From Promethearchaeia archaeon (GTDB lineage Archaea; Asgardarchaeota; Lokiarchaeia; Sigyniarchaeales; SOKP01), in NCBI GenBank assembly GCA_029856105.1, contig JAHQWH010000119.1:1-31429 (forward strand): 31,429 bases of DNA, in the 5' to 3' direction. A program made the translations under genes and the position numbers. Within the stretch, counting starts at the first letter, position 1, and each line of letters starts with the position of its first letter. Below are positions 16,591 through 26,613 of the stretch, in pieces. The notes under the pieces are model-generated. The model was not told where the DNA came from. It worked only from the letters and a program-made list of their open reading frames with translations, and did no database searches.

Positions 16591-17847
16591 TTGTTATCAG
16601 AAGAAATAAAAGAATTCTTATTAAAAGAGGCAACGGATAGATTTTTCAGATACGTTCAAATATGGACTACATCTGACGAAGATTCCCAATCCAATCCATC
16701 ATCTAAAAATCAATTTGATTTAGGAAATGTATTAGTTGCTGAATTGAAGGATTTAAATCTAGATAATATAATACTCGACGAGTATGGATATGTTTACGCT
16801 AATTTACCAGCAAGTAAAGGGTTAGAAAAAGTTAAAACAATTGGATTAATAGCCCATATGGATACTTCACCAGCAGTGAGCGGGAAAAACGTTAAATCGG
16901 TTGTCCATAAAAATTATGATGGTAGTGCGATAAAATTCGTAAGCAATAAGGAAATTGAGCTTACAGTTGAAGATTCTCCAATGTTAAAGGAATATTTTGG
17001 TTTAGATATCATTACTTCAGAAGGGGATACCTTATTAGGTGCAGACGATAAAGCTGGAATCGCAGAAATTATGGTCGCGTGCGCTGCTTGGAAAAAGTTT
17101 CCAGAACTAAAACATGGTCCTATTGTTGTATGTTTTACACCTGATGAGGAAATAGGAAAAGGAACTTTAAAAATTGATAAAAAAAGGTTACCCAAATTCT
17201 GTTACACCATGGATGGTTCAGAGATGGGACAATTGGAATTTGAATGTTTTGACGCATGGAAAGCATCTATAACTTTTACAGGGCTTAGTGTACATCCAGG
17301 TTCCGCTAAAAATCTAATGGTAAACGCAATACATATAGCATGCCGGTTCTTAAGTGAAATTCCTGAACATGAATCACCAGAACACACAGAAGAACGAGAA
17401 GGATTTTATCATCTAGGAGACTTGAGAGGAACAGAAGAAGAAGCTAAAACCAAATTGATAATCAGAGATCATAATGAAAAAAATAATAAAAGAAGGATAG
17501 AATTCCTTCAAAAATTGAAAGAGATCTATGAATTTCGATATCCTGGCTTAAAAATTGAGTTAAAACTTGAACACCAATACAAAAATATGTTAAAATTTAT
17601 TGAAAAGGAAATGATAGTCGTTAAATTAGCAAAAGAAGCTATTAAAATGGCTGGGTTAGAAGTAAAAATTGAAGCTATTAGAGGGGGAACCGATGGTTCT
17701 AAACTAAGCGAAATGGGGATTCCGACACCGAATATTTTTTCAGGGGGGCTCTTATTTCATTCTAGAAAAGAGCACATTCCCACTTTAGCGTTACAGAAAG
17801 CTGCAGAAGTTATTATTTATTTAGGGCAATTATGGGCTTCTTCTTAA
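16591..17847 (+). CDS. pepT: Peptidase T (M20B tripeptidase)
   Basis: AHMDTS, LLGADDKAG, FTPDEEIG, HPG.AK..MVNA, PEHTE.REGFYH, IRGGTDG, FHS. Confidence 0.95.
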   Translation: MLSEEIKEFLLKEATDRFFRYVQIWTTSDEDSQSNPSSKNQFDLGNVLVAELKDLNLDNIILDEYGYVYANLPASKGLEKVKTIGLIAHMDTSPAVSGKNVKSVVHKNYDGSAIKFVSNKEIELTVEDSPMLKEYFGLDIITSEGDTLLGADDKAGIAEIMVACAAWKKFPELKHGPIVVCFTPDEEIGKGTLKIDKKRLPKFCYTMDGSEMGQLEFECFDAWKASITFTGLSVHPGSAKNLMVNAIHIACRFLSEIPEHESPEHTEEREGFYHLGDLRGTEEEAKTKLIIRDHNEKNNKRRIEFLQKLKEIYEFRYPGLKIELKLEHQYKNMLKFIEKEMIVVKLAKEAIKMAGLEVKIEAIRGGTDGSKLSEMGIPTPNIFSGGLLFHSRKEHIPTLALQKAAEVIIYLGQLWASS

Positions 17848-17872
17848 TTCTATTTAAAAACTCGACAATTTC

Positions 17873-19117
17873 TTAGGCTTCACTTTTTTTTATGATTTTA
17901 GAAAAGTCAGTAATCGTAAAAATAACAATACATACAGCTAATAAAATTGATATATAAATAAACGCCCAAGTATACGAAAACACGCTATATATATATCCAA
18001 AAACTAAAGCTTCCACCATACTTATAAATCCAACTGAAAAATAATAGTATCCATAGGCACGTCCCCTTTTTTCTTCACCTGCTAGGTCAGCTATATATGC
18101 TCTTGATATTGGATCCACAGAGGCTAGGTAAAAACCGTGCATAATGTAAATTACAATAATTAAAATTATTGAAAAAAGAGAGACCTCAATAGGAAAAGCT
18201 AAAATAACGCAAGATATTAGTAATATCGATAATCCGATCACGATCATCGGTTTTCGGCCAATTTTATCGGACAAGGAGCCATTTATTGGAGAAAAAATTG
18301 TATAAACTACATTCATTATAAGATAAAAAACGGGTATAAGGTAAATTAAATTGGAAGGAATATAATCTGTTGCTCTAGCTATTAAAAATACAACATCTAA
18401 GCTGGCAAATTCAATAACTCCAAGAATAACGATTAATTTTATGAAGTTTCTATCAATTTTTTCGCTCGTTTCCTTTCTAAGTTTTTTTTTAAGTTTTTTA
18501 TCTAACTCCTCTGGAGAAACATCTTTAACTGGAATAAGCAAAGCAATTGCAATAATTCCAGGAATTATTGAAAAAAATATTATTTGTGAATAGCTCCATG
18601 CGTAAAATAATAAAAGAAATGCAAGTAATGAGCCAAAAACCGCTCCTAAAGTATCCATAGCACGATGCATTCCAAATGCCTTTCCTTTTTTAGTAGCGTA
18701 AAAAGATATAAGAGCATCTCTCGAAGATGTTCTCAACCCTTTACCTACTCGATCTGTTGCCTTTAACCCTAATACCATTTCCCATGAAGGACTCAACCCA
18801 ATAAATGGTTTTGAAAGGTTCGATAAGGAATATCCAGCTAATATAAATGGCTTCCTTTTATTTATTTTATCGCTCATCCAACCAGTAATTCCCTTTAATA
18901 TATTCGCAATAGCATTTGTAATTCCTGAAATTAGCCCTAAAATTAGTACACTTCCTCCAATTTCAAAAATAAACAAAGGTAATATGCTTTGAATACTTTC
19001 ACTAGAAATATCTGTAAACAATGATACTAATCCCATTAAAAATACTGGAATTGAAACTCCAAATATCATTCTTCGTCTTTTTATAGATTTACTAGTTGAT
19101 TGGTCATTTGTAGCCAA
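17873..19117 (-). CDS. MFS transporter
   Basis: About 12 TM segments; motif A twice (GWMSDKINKRK, GSLSDKIGRK); DRVGKGLR...RDALI. GGTGA before the TTG. Confidence 0.93.
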   Translation of the reverse strand: MATNDQSTSKSIKRRRMIFGVSIPVFLMGLVSLFTDISSESIQSILPLFIFEIGGSVLILGLISGITNAIANILKGITGWMSDKINKRKPFILAGYSLSNLSKPFIGLSPSWEMVLGLKATDRVGKGLRTSSRDALISFYATKKGKAFGMHRAMDTLGAVFGSLLAFLLLFYAWSYSQIIFFSIIPGIIAIALLIPVKDVSPEELDKKLKKKLRKETSEKIDRNFIKLIVILGVIEFASLDVVFLIARATDYIPSNLIYLIPVFYLIMNVVYTIFSPINGSLSDKIGRKPMIVIGLSILLISCVILAFPIEVSLFSIILIIVIYIMHGFYLASVDPISRAYIADLAGEEKRGRAYGYYYFSVGFISMVEALVFGYIYSVFSYTWAFIYISILLAVCIVIFTITDFSKIIKKSEA

Positions 19118-19227
19118 ATTTATTCACCTTAAGATTAAGATAAAAATAATTTTTTAAAAATAATATTATTAGTAATTACTAGTTCTTAATTAAAGATTTT
19201 GAAATTGAACCTAAAAGAAAATATATG

Positions 19228-20964
19228 TTATATATTTACGAATAAATGGAGTGCTGCACCAATTCCTATAGCGTTTGAAATTACCGCAGCAAAGAAAAGC
19301 TGAATTATATCAAACGAGCTTAATATAACGGTACTAAATCGTTTTGTATTTTCATAAATTAATGTATTTTGAATAATCGCGTATAAAAATATGAGATACA
19401 TAAACATAACTGAAGGAAAGAACGCCCAAGCCCATGTTAACGTCATTAAATTGATTTGAATGTAAATTGCGATAAGAATTATCCAAAGGGATTTTTTTCG
19501 CTCATCTTTTAAGAAATTTAACTGGGGATATAAAACTTTTCTATATAAGATTTCCATTGAGAAATATATTGGAAATGCTACACCTGCCGCTAGAACAGAG
19601 TTAAAAAAATTGGAAGGCCACATAAAAGCAAAAGGGTAAGAAAAGCTTAAGATTAAATATATTATTATAAAATAAACATTACTTAAAATAGCATAAATTA
19701 AATATTTTAGTTGAAATTCAGATTTAATTAACTCTTTAAATTGATTTATATCAAATTTTACTCTTTTTTCTTTTAAATCTTTAAGATAATAAATTAATTT
19801 AACGGTAAAGAAAATAATGGATATATTGAGCGAAGCTAAGAAAATACCCACAAGACCAAAAATTCTTTCAAAAATCTCCCAATTAAGCAGAAAAATTGTA
19901 GTATAGAATATTATTTTCAAAATTTGCTTTAATTTTTTAGCCTTAGCCTTAATTTTTGATATGGGAACATCATTTTTTATCAAATTTTTTTGAATAATAT
20001 CTTCCTTAACCCTTAAAAATTTTGAAGTGTAAGATATCAAAGAAAGAACAATTAAAACTAATAATAATAAAGTGATAAAAAGGACAACATAGTTTATAAG
20101 AAAAGTAATATTTATTGGTCCATTTATAGTTTCAGATTTAAAGAAATAATTTTCGAACCATTTAATTGACTCGATTAAGACCAGATCCGAAAATAATTGA
20201 TGTCCTCCACCAAATAAAAATCCCGATATAGGAATAACCGTGCAATCTGTTAAATTTTGAGCTACTAATGCTTGATTGGTAAAGTCTAGTGCCTCATCAT
20301 TCACATGCATTATAATTAGCAAATTATTTGTGTTGGATTTATTCATTAGGTTTACTGGGATATACGGATCGTATCTATCAGTATTTACGATACCTAATTG
20401 TTGAGGATCAAAATTTACTAAGGGAGCCCAAGTAACTGTAACATTAAAGCGTGGGTCTAACGCTTGGTTCATTAGTACAACCATCCCTCCTAAAGAATGC
20501 CCAATTAATCCAATCTGAGAAGTATTAACATTTGAATAAAAAGGCAATGTTTCGAGTTTATCCAGTAGTTTAGAACAATCTTGAGCTAAAGCAGGTATGT
20601 CTGTAGTTGGATCAATATTTATAATATTACCGCTACTTTCACCGTGACCTTGATAATCTAAAGCTGCTACATAAAAGCCCCTTTTAGTGAATTCGATTGG
20701 AATTCTCAAGTCAAAATCTCGTTGACTTCCTATTCCATGACAGTAAATAATTAAAGGTCTTTGCTCTTGAAATCCTAAATTTTTTGAGGGGTAATATAGA
20801 TTCGCATAAAGAGTAGCTCCAGAAGATTGGTAATCGATTCTTTCGTAACGAGAATAACTTATCGATTTATCATAGGCTAAATAGGAAAGAGAGATCACCA
20901 ATAAAATGATTAAAATCGTTATTCTTTTAAAAAAATGGGCATCCTCCTTATCTATAATACTCAT
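19228..20964 (-). CDS. Membrane-anchored alpha/beta-hydrolase with a C-terminal polytopic membrane domain
   Basis: N-terminal TM, HG oxyanion motif, DYQGHGES, nucleophile elbow GHSLGG, putative His in GGGHQ; about 8 C-terminal TM segments. Confidence 0.9.
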   Translation of the reverse strand: MSIIDKEDAHFFKRITILIILLVISLSYLAYDKSISYSRYERIDYQSSGATLYANLYYPSKNLGFQEQRPLIIYCHGIGSQRDFDLRIPIEFTKRGFYVAALDYQGHGESSGNIINIDPTTDIPALAQDCSKLLDKLETLPFYSNVNTSQIGLIGHSLGGMVVLMNQALDPRFNVTVTWAPLVNFDPQQLGIVNTDRYDPYIPVNLMNKSNTNNLLIIMHVNDEALDFTNQALVAQNLTDCTVIPISGFLFGGGHQLFSDLVLIESIKWFENYFFKSETINGPINITFLINYVVLFITLLLLVLIVLSLISYTSKFLRVKEDIIQKNLIKNDVPISKIKAKAKKLKQILKIIFYTTIFLLNWEIFERIFGLVGIFLASLNISIIFFTVKLIYYLKDLKEKRVKFDINQFKELIKSEFQLKYLIYAILSNVYFIIIYLILSFSYPFAFMWPSNFFNSVLAAGVAFPIYFSMEILYRKVLYPQLNFLKDERKKSLWIILIAIYIQINLMTLTWAWAFFPSVMFMYLIFLYAIIQNTLIYENTKRFSTVILSSFDIIQLFFAAVISNAIGIGAALHLFVNI

Positions 20965-21107
20965 ATTAGAAGTCCCAGTATTTTATTTAATTTCAGAAAT
21001 ACAAATGTTAATTAAATTTTTTATTGTTTTAATTTATACTATGTTTAAATTATATATTTTAATTAAATTTATAATTATTAATTAAAAAACATATATTGTG
21101 AATTCTA

Positions 21108-21809
21108 ATGTCAGAAAAAAAAACTTTAGAGATAATTGATGGTACTCTTCGCTCTGTTTCAGAAAATTTTCAAAAATTTATTGATGTTTTAGAAACTGCC
21201 AAAAACGAGCTAATTGTTTTAGAAAAGGATAAAGAAGAGCTTAACCGGGAAAAAGAATTGCTTGAAGGAGAAAAGGATCAATTAGAAGGCGCTACGAAAA
21301 TGTTAGAGGGCGATAAAAAACAATTAGAACTTGAAAAAACCAACTTAGAAAGTGAAAAGAAAAAATTGGAAGAAGCAACTAACCAGCTTGAAAAAGAAAA
21401 AAAAGAAAGAGATCAGAAAATTGGTTCATTGTCGGAAGAACAACATAGATTATTAAAAGAATACGCAAGCTTAAAAGTAGAATTGAAAAAATTTGCGAAA
21501 ATAGCAGAAGAAAGTCAAGATGCAGATTTAAATTTTGAAAGAATCCAAGCGCTACTCTCGATTTTTAGAGTGCTTGTGGAAAAGATTTGGCAGGGGCAAC
21601 CCCATTACAAGGTTTTAAAAGTACTACACGGTGAAAAGGCGGTAATGACACGAGAGGAATTGAAAAATACAACGGGAATTGGAGGTGCTTATATTTTAAG
21701 GGCAATACAAGAATTAGCAAATGTTGATTTGGTAGAACATGACATTGATACTGGAACAGTCACTTTGAGGCAAAGATTATATTCGAAAAAAGCATTGGAT
21801 AAAAAATAG
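21108..21809 (+). CDS. Long leucine-zipper coiled coil with a C-terminal winged-helix domain
   Basis: Leu at every 7th residue from 38 to 94. C-terminal HYKVLKVLH....MTREELKNTTGIGGAYILRAIQELANVDLVE is a wHTH pattern. Confidence 0.85.
   Translation: MSEKKTLEIIDGTLRSVSENFQKFIDVLETAKNELIVLEKDKEELNREKELLEGEKDQLEGATKMLEGDKKQLELEKTNLESEKKKLEEATNQLEKEKKERDQKIGSLSEEQHRLLKEYASLKVELKKFAKIAEESQDADLNFERIQALLSIFRVLVEKIWQGQPHYKVLKVLHGEKAVMTREELKNTTGIGGAYILRAIQELANVDLVEHDIDTGTVTLRQRLYSKKALDKK
21219..21407 (+). repeat. Nine degenerate 21-nt (heptad) tandem repeats
   Basis: LEKDKEE LNREKEL LEGEKDQ LEGATKM LEGDKKQ LELEKTN LESEKKK LEEATNQ LEKEKKE. Confidence 0.8.
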
Positions 21810-21819
21810 GCAATTAACT

Positions 21820-22800
21820 CTATTTTGGAACTAATTTCTCTGGATACTTTATTTCTAACCCCGCATTTACCCCTATATCGTCAATTACTAATTGGTTATT
21901 CTTTTTATTATACAATTTTAATTCGATTTTAGAATTAATGCTCTCTGCAATATGACCTAACATTTCTCCTGACGAAGGGGCTTTTAAATTACCAAAATCA
22001 CTGCCTTTTTTTAAAATTTTAAATTCAAGTCTATATTTTTTATCTTCTATTTGAATTTGAATAGAATCAACTTTGATTTCTATTGAGCGAACTTTTGCTC
22101 TAGTATAAGTTGCAAATTTGTAAAATTTCCCCTCGTGCCAAAGAGCGCTAAGAAAACCATTAAATTGCATTCCCAAAAAGGGTATTATCGCAATTGAGAA
22201 CATAAAAGAAAGATTTGGGTTTGAAAAATGATTTGATTGCGTCCATATCCACGCACTATGAAAGGATTTACCCCAATCTTTTTCCATATATCCTTTACCT
22301 CCATCAAAGTTTACGGACGCTCCATTAATTTCTAAAGTCCCCCTAATGTTGTGGTTCATACTAACAACACCATGATAAGTTTCCATAAATGGTATATATG
22401 AAAACCAGCCCATAACTCCTGGTTGTAAAAATCTTTTAGGCCACGAAACAGGATTTATATATTCGAGGTCCCCTTTAATAATATGACCTTGTTGGTCTAT
22501 ATCAATATGAATTCTGTCAAGCGAGAAGTAATTTTTTCCGATACGGATCTCATATTTCTTGTTGGAAAGATTTTCAAACTCTTCTAAGGGATATTTAAAA
22601 TATTCAGCAGTTGCTTTAATACCGTCTAAAAATTGTATAAATGCGTGTGAAGTTTTTTCTTTTTTATTCAGCGCAAATGCGTTAATAAAAGCATAAATAT
22701 GTTCTGCTGTACTATCAACTAACTTATTGTAACACCCTTCAAAATAAAATTTTTTTTTCAGTGAACCTTGAAAGGTTATTGGATTTGATTTTTTTCCCAT
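21820..22800 (-). CDS. Tocopherol cyclase-like family protein
   Basis: YFEG.Y.K, MGWFSYIPFME.YHGVVSM.H, GKGYMEKDWGKSF..AWIW.QSNHF. Confidence 0.88.
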   Translation of the reverse strand: MGKKSNPITFQGSLKKKFYFEGCYNKLVDSTAEHIYAFINAFALNKKEKTSHAFIQFLDGIKATAEYFKYPLEEFENLSNKKYEIRIGKNYFSLDRIHIDIDQQGHIIKGDLEYINPVSWPKRFLQPGVMGWFSYIPFMETYHGVVSMNHNIRGTLEINGASVNFDGGKGYMEKDWGKSFHSAWIWTQSNHFSNPNLSFMFSIAIIPFLGMQFNGFLSALWHEGKFYKFATYTRAKVRSIEIKVDSIQIQIEDKKYRLEFKILKKGSDFGNLKAPSSGEMLGHIAESINSKIELKLYNKKNNQLVIDDIGVNAGLEIKYPEKLVPK

Positions 22801-22891
22801 ATTTAAAACCTTATTATTTACTCATTTTTCAATTAAAAATTCAATTTATTTCCATTTTAGTTTATAATGTTGATAATTTTTATTAGTCATC

Positions 22892-23296
22892 TTAATTCAA
22901 CAATGAGAATACTTTTAGTAAAATAATTAATTTTCTAATACCTCTGATTTTTACATTACGCGTTAAGATTTTTTTTCCTAAGCCTATTATCGTAATTCTT
23001 TTCATGGATACTGCTAAAAATGTCTGAGTATCCATCTCTAAATAAGCGTCCCAACCAATATTTTTCTTTTTTAAATTTTCTTTCGGCTTATTTGGTATAC
23101 TTTCGACTCTTAATTCACCACGATCAATAATAATTAATGCTGCAAAATTTACATTAACAGCATTTAAAAGAAATTGGAGATTTGTTCCACTAAATTTCTT
23201 TTTAAATTTTTCAATTTCGTTTATAGGAGCTAGTGATTTTGCTATAATTCCTGCAAAACCTCTTATTTTTTTCTCCTCCAAATTTATAGCGTTCAT
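22892..23296 (-). CDS. SCP2 (sterol carrier protein 2)-like lipid-binding protein
   Basis: DAYLEMDTQTFLAV....I.......ILTRNVKIRG fits the SCP2 C-terminal pattern. Confidence 0.7.
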   Translation of the reverse strand: MNAINLEEKKIRGFAGIIAKSLAPINEIEKFKKKFSGTNLQFLLNAVNVNFAALIIIDRGELRVESIPNKPKENLKKKNIGWDAYLEMDTQTFLAVSMKRITIIGLGKKILTRNVKIRGIRKLIILLKVFSLLN

Positions 23297-23299
23297 ATT

Positions 23300-23416
23300 T
23301 TACTTCCCTCGCTTTTCTAATTCGTTTCTATTTGGAGATATATAAAATCCTGAATCAGCAATGTTATTCGGATCAAATTCTTCTTTAATCTTTCTTAACC
23401 AGATATGATAATTCAT
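23300..23416 (-). pseudogene. 3' remnant of an FAD-linked oxidoreductase (VAO/GlcD family) gene
   Basis: Reads MNYHIWLRKIKEEFDPNNIADSGFYISPNRNELEKRGK*. LRKIK..FDPNNI is the family's C-terminal signature. An in-frame TAA lies 16 codons upstream, and the stop is 3 nt before the SCP2 ATG. Confidence 0.7.
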
Positions 23417-23605
23417 CCTAATAAAGATGTTTGGTTTCAAAACAACCCAAAGAATTTTCAATTATCAAATTTATGCTAAAATGAGCGATAATTTTAAGGT
23501 ATAATGGAAAAAATTATAGATTTTTTAAACAATATTATTTTTATTTTATTATAATATTTCTATAATAAGAACTATACACATACTAGATTTCGAGATAGCT
23601 TTAAA

Positions 23606-23803
23606 ATGAAATGTCCAGATTGTAATACAGAATATTCTGACCCTAATCAGCGGATCTGTGAATATTGTGGAACGGAATTAAGTAGAACTGAACCATTATC
23701 ACCAAAAGTATCGCCAACAAAAACTAAGTTGGAGCAATTTATAGATAATTCAGGACTTAAAGAGCTTTATAAAAAGATAAAAGACAATTTAAAAAATGTA
23801 TAA
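23606..23803 (+). CDS. Small zinc-ribbon protein
   Basis: MKCPDC-x11-CEYCG followed by a short amphipathic helix. Confidence 0.8.
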   Translation: MKCPDCNTEYSDPNQRICEYCGTELSRTEPLSPKVSPTKTKLEQFIDNSGLKELYKKIKDNLKNV

Positions 23804-23850
23804 ATTTATTTATTAAAAATTAACAAAATTCATTATAAAAGTTTTAAAAA

Positions 23851-24693
23851 ATGACAATAAAATTTACTTGGTTTGGAACTGCAAGCTATATTTTAGATTT
23901 AGATGGAACAAGATTATTATTTGACCCTTTTTTTTATCGTAACTCCCTAGCAACACCAAAGTTAAAGACTAAAAAAGAACAGATAACAAATATAGAAGCG
24001 ACATTTATCTCACATGGGCATTTTGATCACGTAACTGACGCAGGATGGTTTGCAGAAAATCTAAATGTTCCTGTTTATTGTTCAGAAGTTGCTAAAGAAA
24101 ATATGATTAATTGGGCTGAAGGTAAAATACTTGAAGACGAAACCTATTTAATTTCAAATGATGGTAAGGATAACATAAAACCTTGCGAATATTTTGATAA
24201 AATCCAAGTTTCAGATAATGTTGAAGTCGAGTTGATAAAATCAGAACACATTAAATTCGATTTTAATACCATCGCAAGTAGGTTATTTTCGTGGAAAGTC
24301 TGGAAACAAATTGGGAGGATATCTAAATATGGAAAGGGATTCCCCATGGGAAACGTATTTGGATTTTGTACTCGTTATAACGGAAGAAGTATTGTTGCAT
24401 TTGGAAGTTTGTGGCACGAATACGAAGATATATTAAAGAAATATGAGAATTGCGATGTGTTTATCGCCCCTCTCGCAGGGAATAGCAAAAAAAACATTGC
24501 CAAGAAAGGAGGAAAAATGGTTGACATACTTAAACCTAAAATAGTTATACCAGTTCATTGGGACAATTTCTTCCCTCCAATCAGCCGAACAGAAGATTTA
24601 AGCCCATTTTTTAAATACATGGAAAAAAACAATCCAAACATTGAAATTATTGTTCCTGAAATCGATAACGAGATTACTTGGGAGTTTGAATAA
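23851..24693 (+). CDS. Metallo-beta-lactamase fold hydrolase (UlaG-like)
   Basis: LLFDPFF, SHGHFDH (HxHxDH), VIPVHWD. Confidence 0.93.
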   Translation: MTIKFTWFGTASYILDLDGTRLLFDPFFYRNSLATPKLKTKKEQITNIEATFISHGHFDHVTDAGWFAENLNVPVYCSEVAKENMINWAEGKILEDETYLISNDGKDNIKPCEYFDKIQVSDNVEVELIKSEHIKFDFNTIASRLFSWKVWKQIGRISKYGKGFPMGNVFGFCTRYNGRSIVAFGSLWHEYEDILKKYENCDVFIAPLAGNSKKNIAKKGGKMVDILKPKIVIPVHWDNFFPPISRTEDLSPFFKYMEKNNPNIEIIVPEIDNEITWEFE

Positions 24694-24853
24694 ATTGTAT
24701 TGAAGCTTTAAACTTTTAATTTACTACTCATGCTGCTAATATTAAGGTATAGTGTTGAAATAAATTAATAGAACTTATATGACTTTCATTATTAAGCTTT
24801 TTTTAATATTGATTTAAATAAATATTAATTCAACCAATTTAGTATTCCAAAAC

Positions 24854-25018
24854 TTACTGTTCCGTTTTATATTTATTCCAATCTTCTTTAGTCGTCTCTC
24901 TGAAGCTATCTTTAGCTCCACAAATTTCACAATTTTCTCTGGTTATATTAGATAGCGAACCACACTTGGTACAAATAATTGGAAAAGATTTTTTGAAAGA
25001 TTTCCATTTAAGTTTCAT
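24854..25018 (-). CDS. 54-aa zinc-ribbon microprotein (not in the ORF track)
   Basis: MKLKWKSFKKSFPIICTKCGSLSNITRENCEICGAKDSFRETTKEDWNKYKTEQ*; CxxC-x10-CxxC; GTGAT upstream of the ATG. Confidence 0.75.
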   Translation of the reverse strand: MKLKWKSFKKSFPIICTKCGSLSNITRENCEICGAKDSFRETTKEDWNKYKTEQ

Positions 25019-25202
25019 CTTTTCTATCACTTCTTATGTCTATTTTTTTATTGTTTAAAATTAAATTCCTAACTCTATATTAAAATTAAAAACTCATTAT
25101 TTATATTATTTCTTCTTGTTAATGCTTAAGTATTGATATAATAAATTAAGAAGTATAAAAAATATAATTATTGATAATGAGAATAAAATTGATTTAAAGT
25201 AA

Positions 25203-26450
25203 TTATAGTTCTAAAATTTCTGATATTTTTTTTCCTTCTTCAAAAATTTCATTGGCTTTTTCCATAATATCGGGAATATCAATTTGTTGCGGACATTTGT
25301 CAATACATTCCCCACATTTTGTACATAAACAAGCAGCTCCATCGAATTCTTCGCCTTCAGATTTTCTTTTTTCAATATCCTCTTGTGTTTTTGCCATCCT
25401 ATTATAAAAAAAAGCAATTCGCGGTTTACCTCTTTCCCCCCAATATGCGATATCATTTACTATTCTAAGGACAAATGGGATTGAAACACCATTGGGACAG
25501 GGCATACAATATCCACAGTTAGTGCAAGGTACCACTAAATATTTACTATACGCTTCGCGCAATTTTGAAATTGTCAGCAACTCGTCTTCAGATAGAATAT
25601 TGACACCTGAACTATTTGCAGAATCCAGATTTTCCTCAACATGCTGCATAACACTCATCCCGCTTAATACAACTGAAACTTCTGGGTGGTTCCATACAAA
25701 CTGTAGTGCCCAATCTGGCATGCTCCTCTTTATTTTTGAATTATCAAAAACCATCTTAATTTCTGGCTTTGAATCTAGTTTTTCCTCTGGAATAGCTAAT
25801 TGCCCTCCTCGGATTGGCTCCATAATGATTACTGCGATATTTTTGCTACCAGCGTATTTTAACCCTTCAGTACCAGCTTGGTAATTGATATCAAGATAAT
25901 TAAACTGTATCTGACAACAATCCCAGTGATAAAAATCAATTATCTCTTTAAAGACTTCAATATTATCGTGAAACGAGAACCCTATGTATTTAAATAAACC
26001 TTTAGCTTTAGCTTGTTCCATTTTTTCGATTAAATTAAGATTTTTAATCTTTTCTAACCGTTGCTTGTTTAGTCCGTGGAACAAGTAGATGTCGGGATTA
26101 GTTTGTAATCTTTCAATCTGTTGATTGAGAAATAAGTCAAAATCCTCAGTTTTTTTAACCATCCACATTGGTAATTTCGTAGTGAGGCGAACTTTTTCGC
26201 GATATCCGTCTTGTAACGCTTTTCCTACAAGCACTTCGCTTTCACCATCGTGGTAGGGATAAGCTGTGTCAACGTAATTTACTCCGTTATCAATTGCATA
26301 ACGAATCATCTTAATTGCTTCGTCTTCATCAATTTTATACTTCAGTTCTTGCGTTTTTTCATCCTTCACCTGGTTAACTGGCAATCGCATCGCCCCAAAG
26401 CCTAAAGCAGACACTTCCCAACCCAGAGAACCCATTTTTCTATACTTCAT
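25203..26450 (-). CDS. Aldo/keto reductase with a C-terminal 4Fe-4S dicluster domain (COG1453-like)
   Basis: MKYRKMG...VSALGFGAMRLP, GVNYVDTAYPY, IMEPIRGG, CTNCGYCMPCP and CTKCGECIDKCP. ATG 26450 is preferred over TTG 26492. Confidence 0.94.
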   Translation of the reverse strand: MKYRKMGSLGWEVSALGFGAMRLPVNQVKDEKTQELKYKIDEDEAIKMIRYAIDNGVNYVDTAYPYHDGESEVLVGKALQDGYREKVRLTTKLPMWMVKKTEDFDLFLNQQIERLQTNPDIYLFHGLNKQRLEKIKNLNLIEKMEQAKAKGLFKYIGFSFHDNIEVFKEIIDFYHWDCCQIQFNYLDINYQAGTEGLKYAGSKNIAVIIMEPIRGGQLAIPEEKLDSKPEIKMVFDNSKIKRSMPDWALQFVWNHPEVSVVLSGMSVMQHVEENLDSANSSGVNILSEDELLTISKLREAYSKYLVVPCTNCGYCMPCPNGVSIPFVLRIVNDIAYWGERGKPRIAFFYNRMAKTQEDIEKRKSEGEEFDGAACLCTKCGECIDKCPQQIDIPDIMEKANEIFEEGKKISEILEL

Positions 26451-26613
26451 AATAACCTTAACAAATATTCCTTTTATTAGTAGGTTGGTCAAGAAATAAT
26501 AATTTTTCGTTTAAATTACATAATAAACTAAAACAAGGTTCTTTTCAAGAAATCAACTTATAATTTTTAAATTAAAAAATAAAAATAAAAAAATTATTTG
26601 ATTTGCATTAAAT

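Noticed and set aside
24854-25018. Ribosomal protein L40e assignment for the 54-aa Zn-ribbon protein
   Set aside because: Cys spacing is similar, but the conserved ARN/P..A..CRKC and LRPK residues are absent.
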